NCBI RefSeq assembly: GCF_006345805.1
Contig: NC_043006.1
Coordinates: 25,234,001 to 25,298,000 of the forward strand
Direction: 5' to 3'
Length of the DNA stretch: 64,000 bases
From: Octopus sinensis
Taxonomy: Eukaryota
Part shown: in pieces, positions 62,899-64,000 of the stretch
How the letters are laid out: each line of letters begins with the position of its first letter
Numbering within the stretch: the first letter of the stretch is position 1
Notes under the pieces: model-generated
What the model saw: only the letters and a program-made list of their open reading frames with translations
The model's database searches: none
Told to the model about the DNA's origin: nothing
Made by a program: the position numbers and the translations under genes

Positions 62899-63764
62899 TT
62901 ATTGGAAAGTTTATAAAAATTTCAAATACAAGTATTTTTCTTACAGTGTTTATGACTGAAGACTAAATGCAAGAGTGGTTAGTTTTTATTCTAACTTTTA
63001 AACTAAGTTTTTTTCTGTCTTGAGTTTCTATTTTGTGTAAATGTCTCATTGATAGCAGATTAAATGGAGAGGCAAAACTTCTATTTGGTTTAATTTTAGT
63101 GCACAGAGATAAAGTTAACCAAAATAATGTCAATCTGACATCATGGCCTATGATTCATATCACATCATCAACGCTAGTTTCAGTAACTCACTTAGTTGTA
63201 TATAATCACCATGTTAAAGTATAAACTCTTAATGCAGGTAGCTTAACCTTTTAGTATTCAAATTACTCTATCAAATTACCTAATATATAGTTACATGATT
63301 GTGAATTACTCATGCTTGTTTTGTAGATTTGAGATTTCAATGATGGGATTCTTTACTTTAGGAATGACATTGCAGGATAGGTCTAAGAGGCCAGATCTGG
63401 CTAGTTTGAACATAAAACAGGGAGAATATTTAGGCTGGATAAGGCCAGTGTTAAAGTGTTAAGCTCTATAATGAAAGGGATTCTGAAATTGATAGAACAC
63501 TTTTAACAGCATAGTTGGTTAAAAAGATATATGTCTTTATAAAAGAATAAATATTGAGGTAGACACATTACCAGAATTGCTTTGGTAATGCAATAACTTT
63601 AAATTCTGTCTGACCAATTTTGCTTTCCATAAATATGAAAAGCAAAGTCAGCCCTAACTTTGTTGTACCAACCACATGGTTCCGGGTTCAGTCCCACTGC
63701 GTGGCATCTTGGGCAAATATCTTCTGCTATAGCCCCAGGCCGACCAATGCCTTGTGAGTGGATT

Positions 63765-64000
63765 CTTCTGCATTTGCCTTTCCAGAAATATAGTATTAGT
63801 GGTGCCTTTCCCTGGCACAAAACCAAACTCCATCTCATCTAGACTACCTCTCTCCCTAATTAGTCGAACTATGACTCTCTCTGCAAGTTTCATCACCTGA
63901 TTCAACAGTTTGATACCTCTGTAATCATTTCTATCTAAAGCATCATCTTTTCCTCTGTAGCAGTTGACTATGGTACTGCTACATCAGTCATTGGGTATGA
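63765..64000 (-). mobile_element. RTE LINE RT fragment running off the window, abutting a SINE 5' fragment (63668-63762)
   Basis: RGIKLLNQVMKLAERVIVRLIRER..EMEFGFVPGKGTT. Confidence 0.85.

Overview
AT-rich, repeat-dense eukaryotic genomic DNA. The SINE, RTE-LINE and microsatellite content strongly resembles an octopus (cephalopod) genome; this is inference. Two spliced genes were reconstructed by hand and point away from each other. HAGH/glyoxalase II is on the - strand with 6 coding exons (15794->437); its 3' end lies outside the window. It has a likely mitochondrial presequence and a second in-frame ATG. ANKZF1/Vms1 is on the + strand with 15 coding exons (32006-62504, about 861 aa) and an apparent 1-nt frameshift in an A-run of exon 8. 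The ~16 kb between the genes and the introns hold nested transposon remnants: Gypsy gag/pol pieces, solo LTRs, a 3.9-kb CCC-ended EnSpm-like element, four GG-ended MITEs with 8-bp TSDs and telomere-like repeats, RTE and Tx1-like LINEs, a Penelope-like RT, mariner/Tc1 fragments, Helitron-like and piggyBac-like MITEs, and tRNA-derived SINEs. There is also a 26-bp minisatellite split by a small LTR element and several long palindromes. Most of the supplied six-frame ORFs are microsatellite or repeat artefacts.
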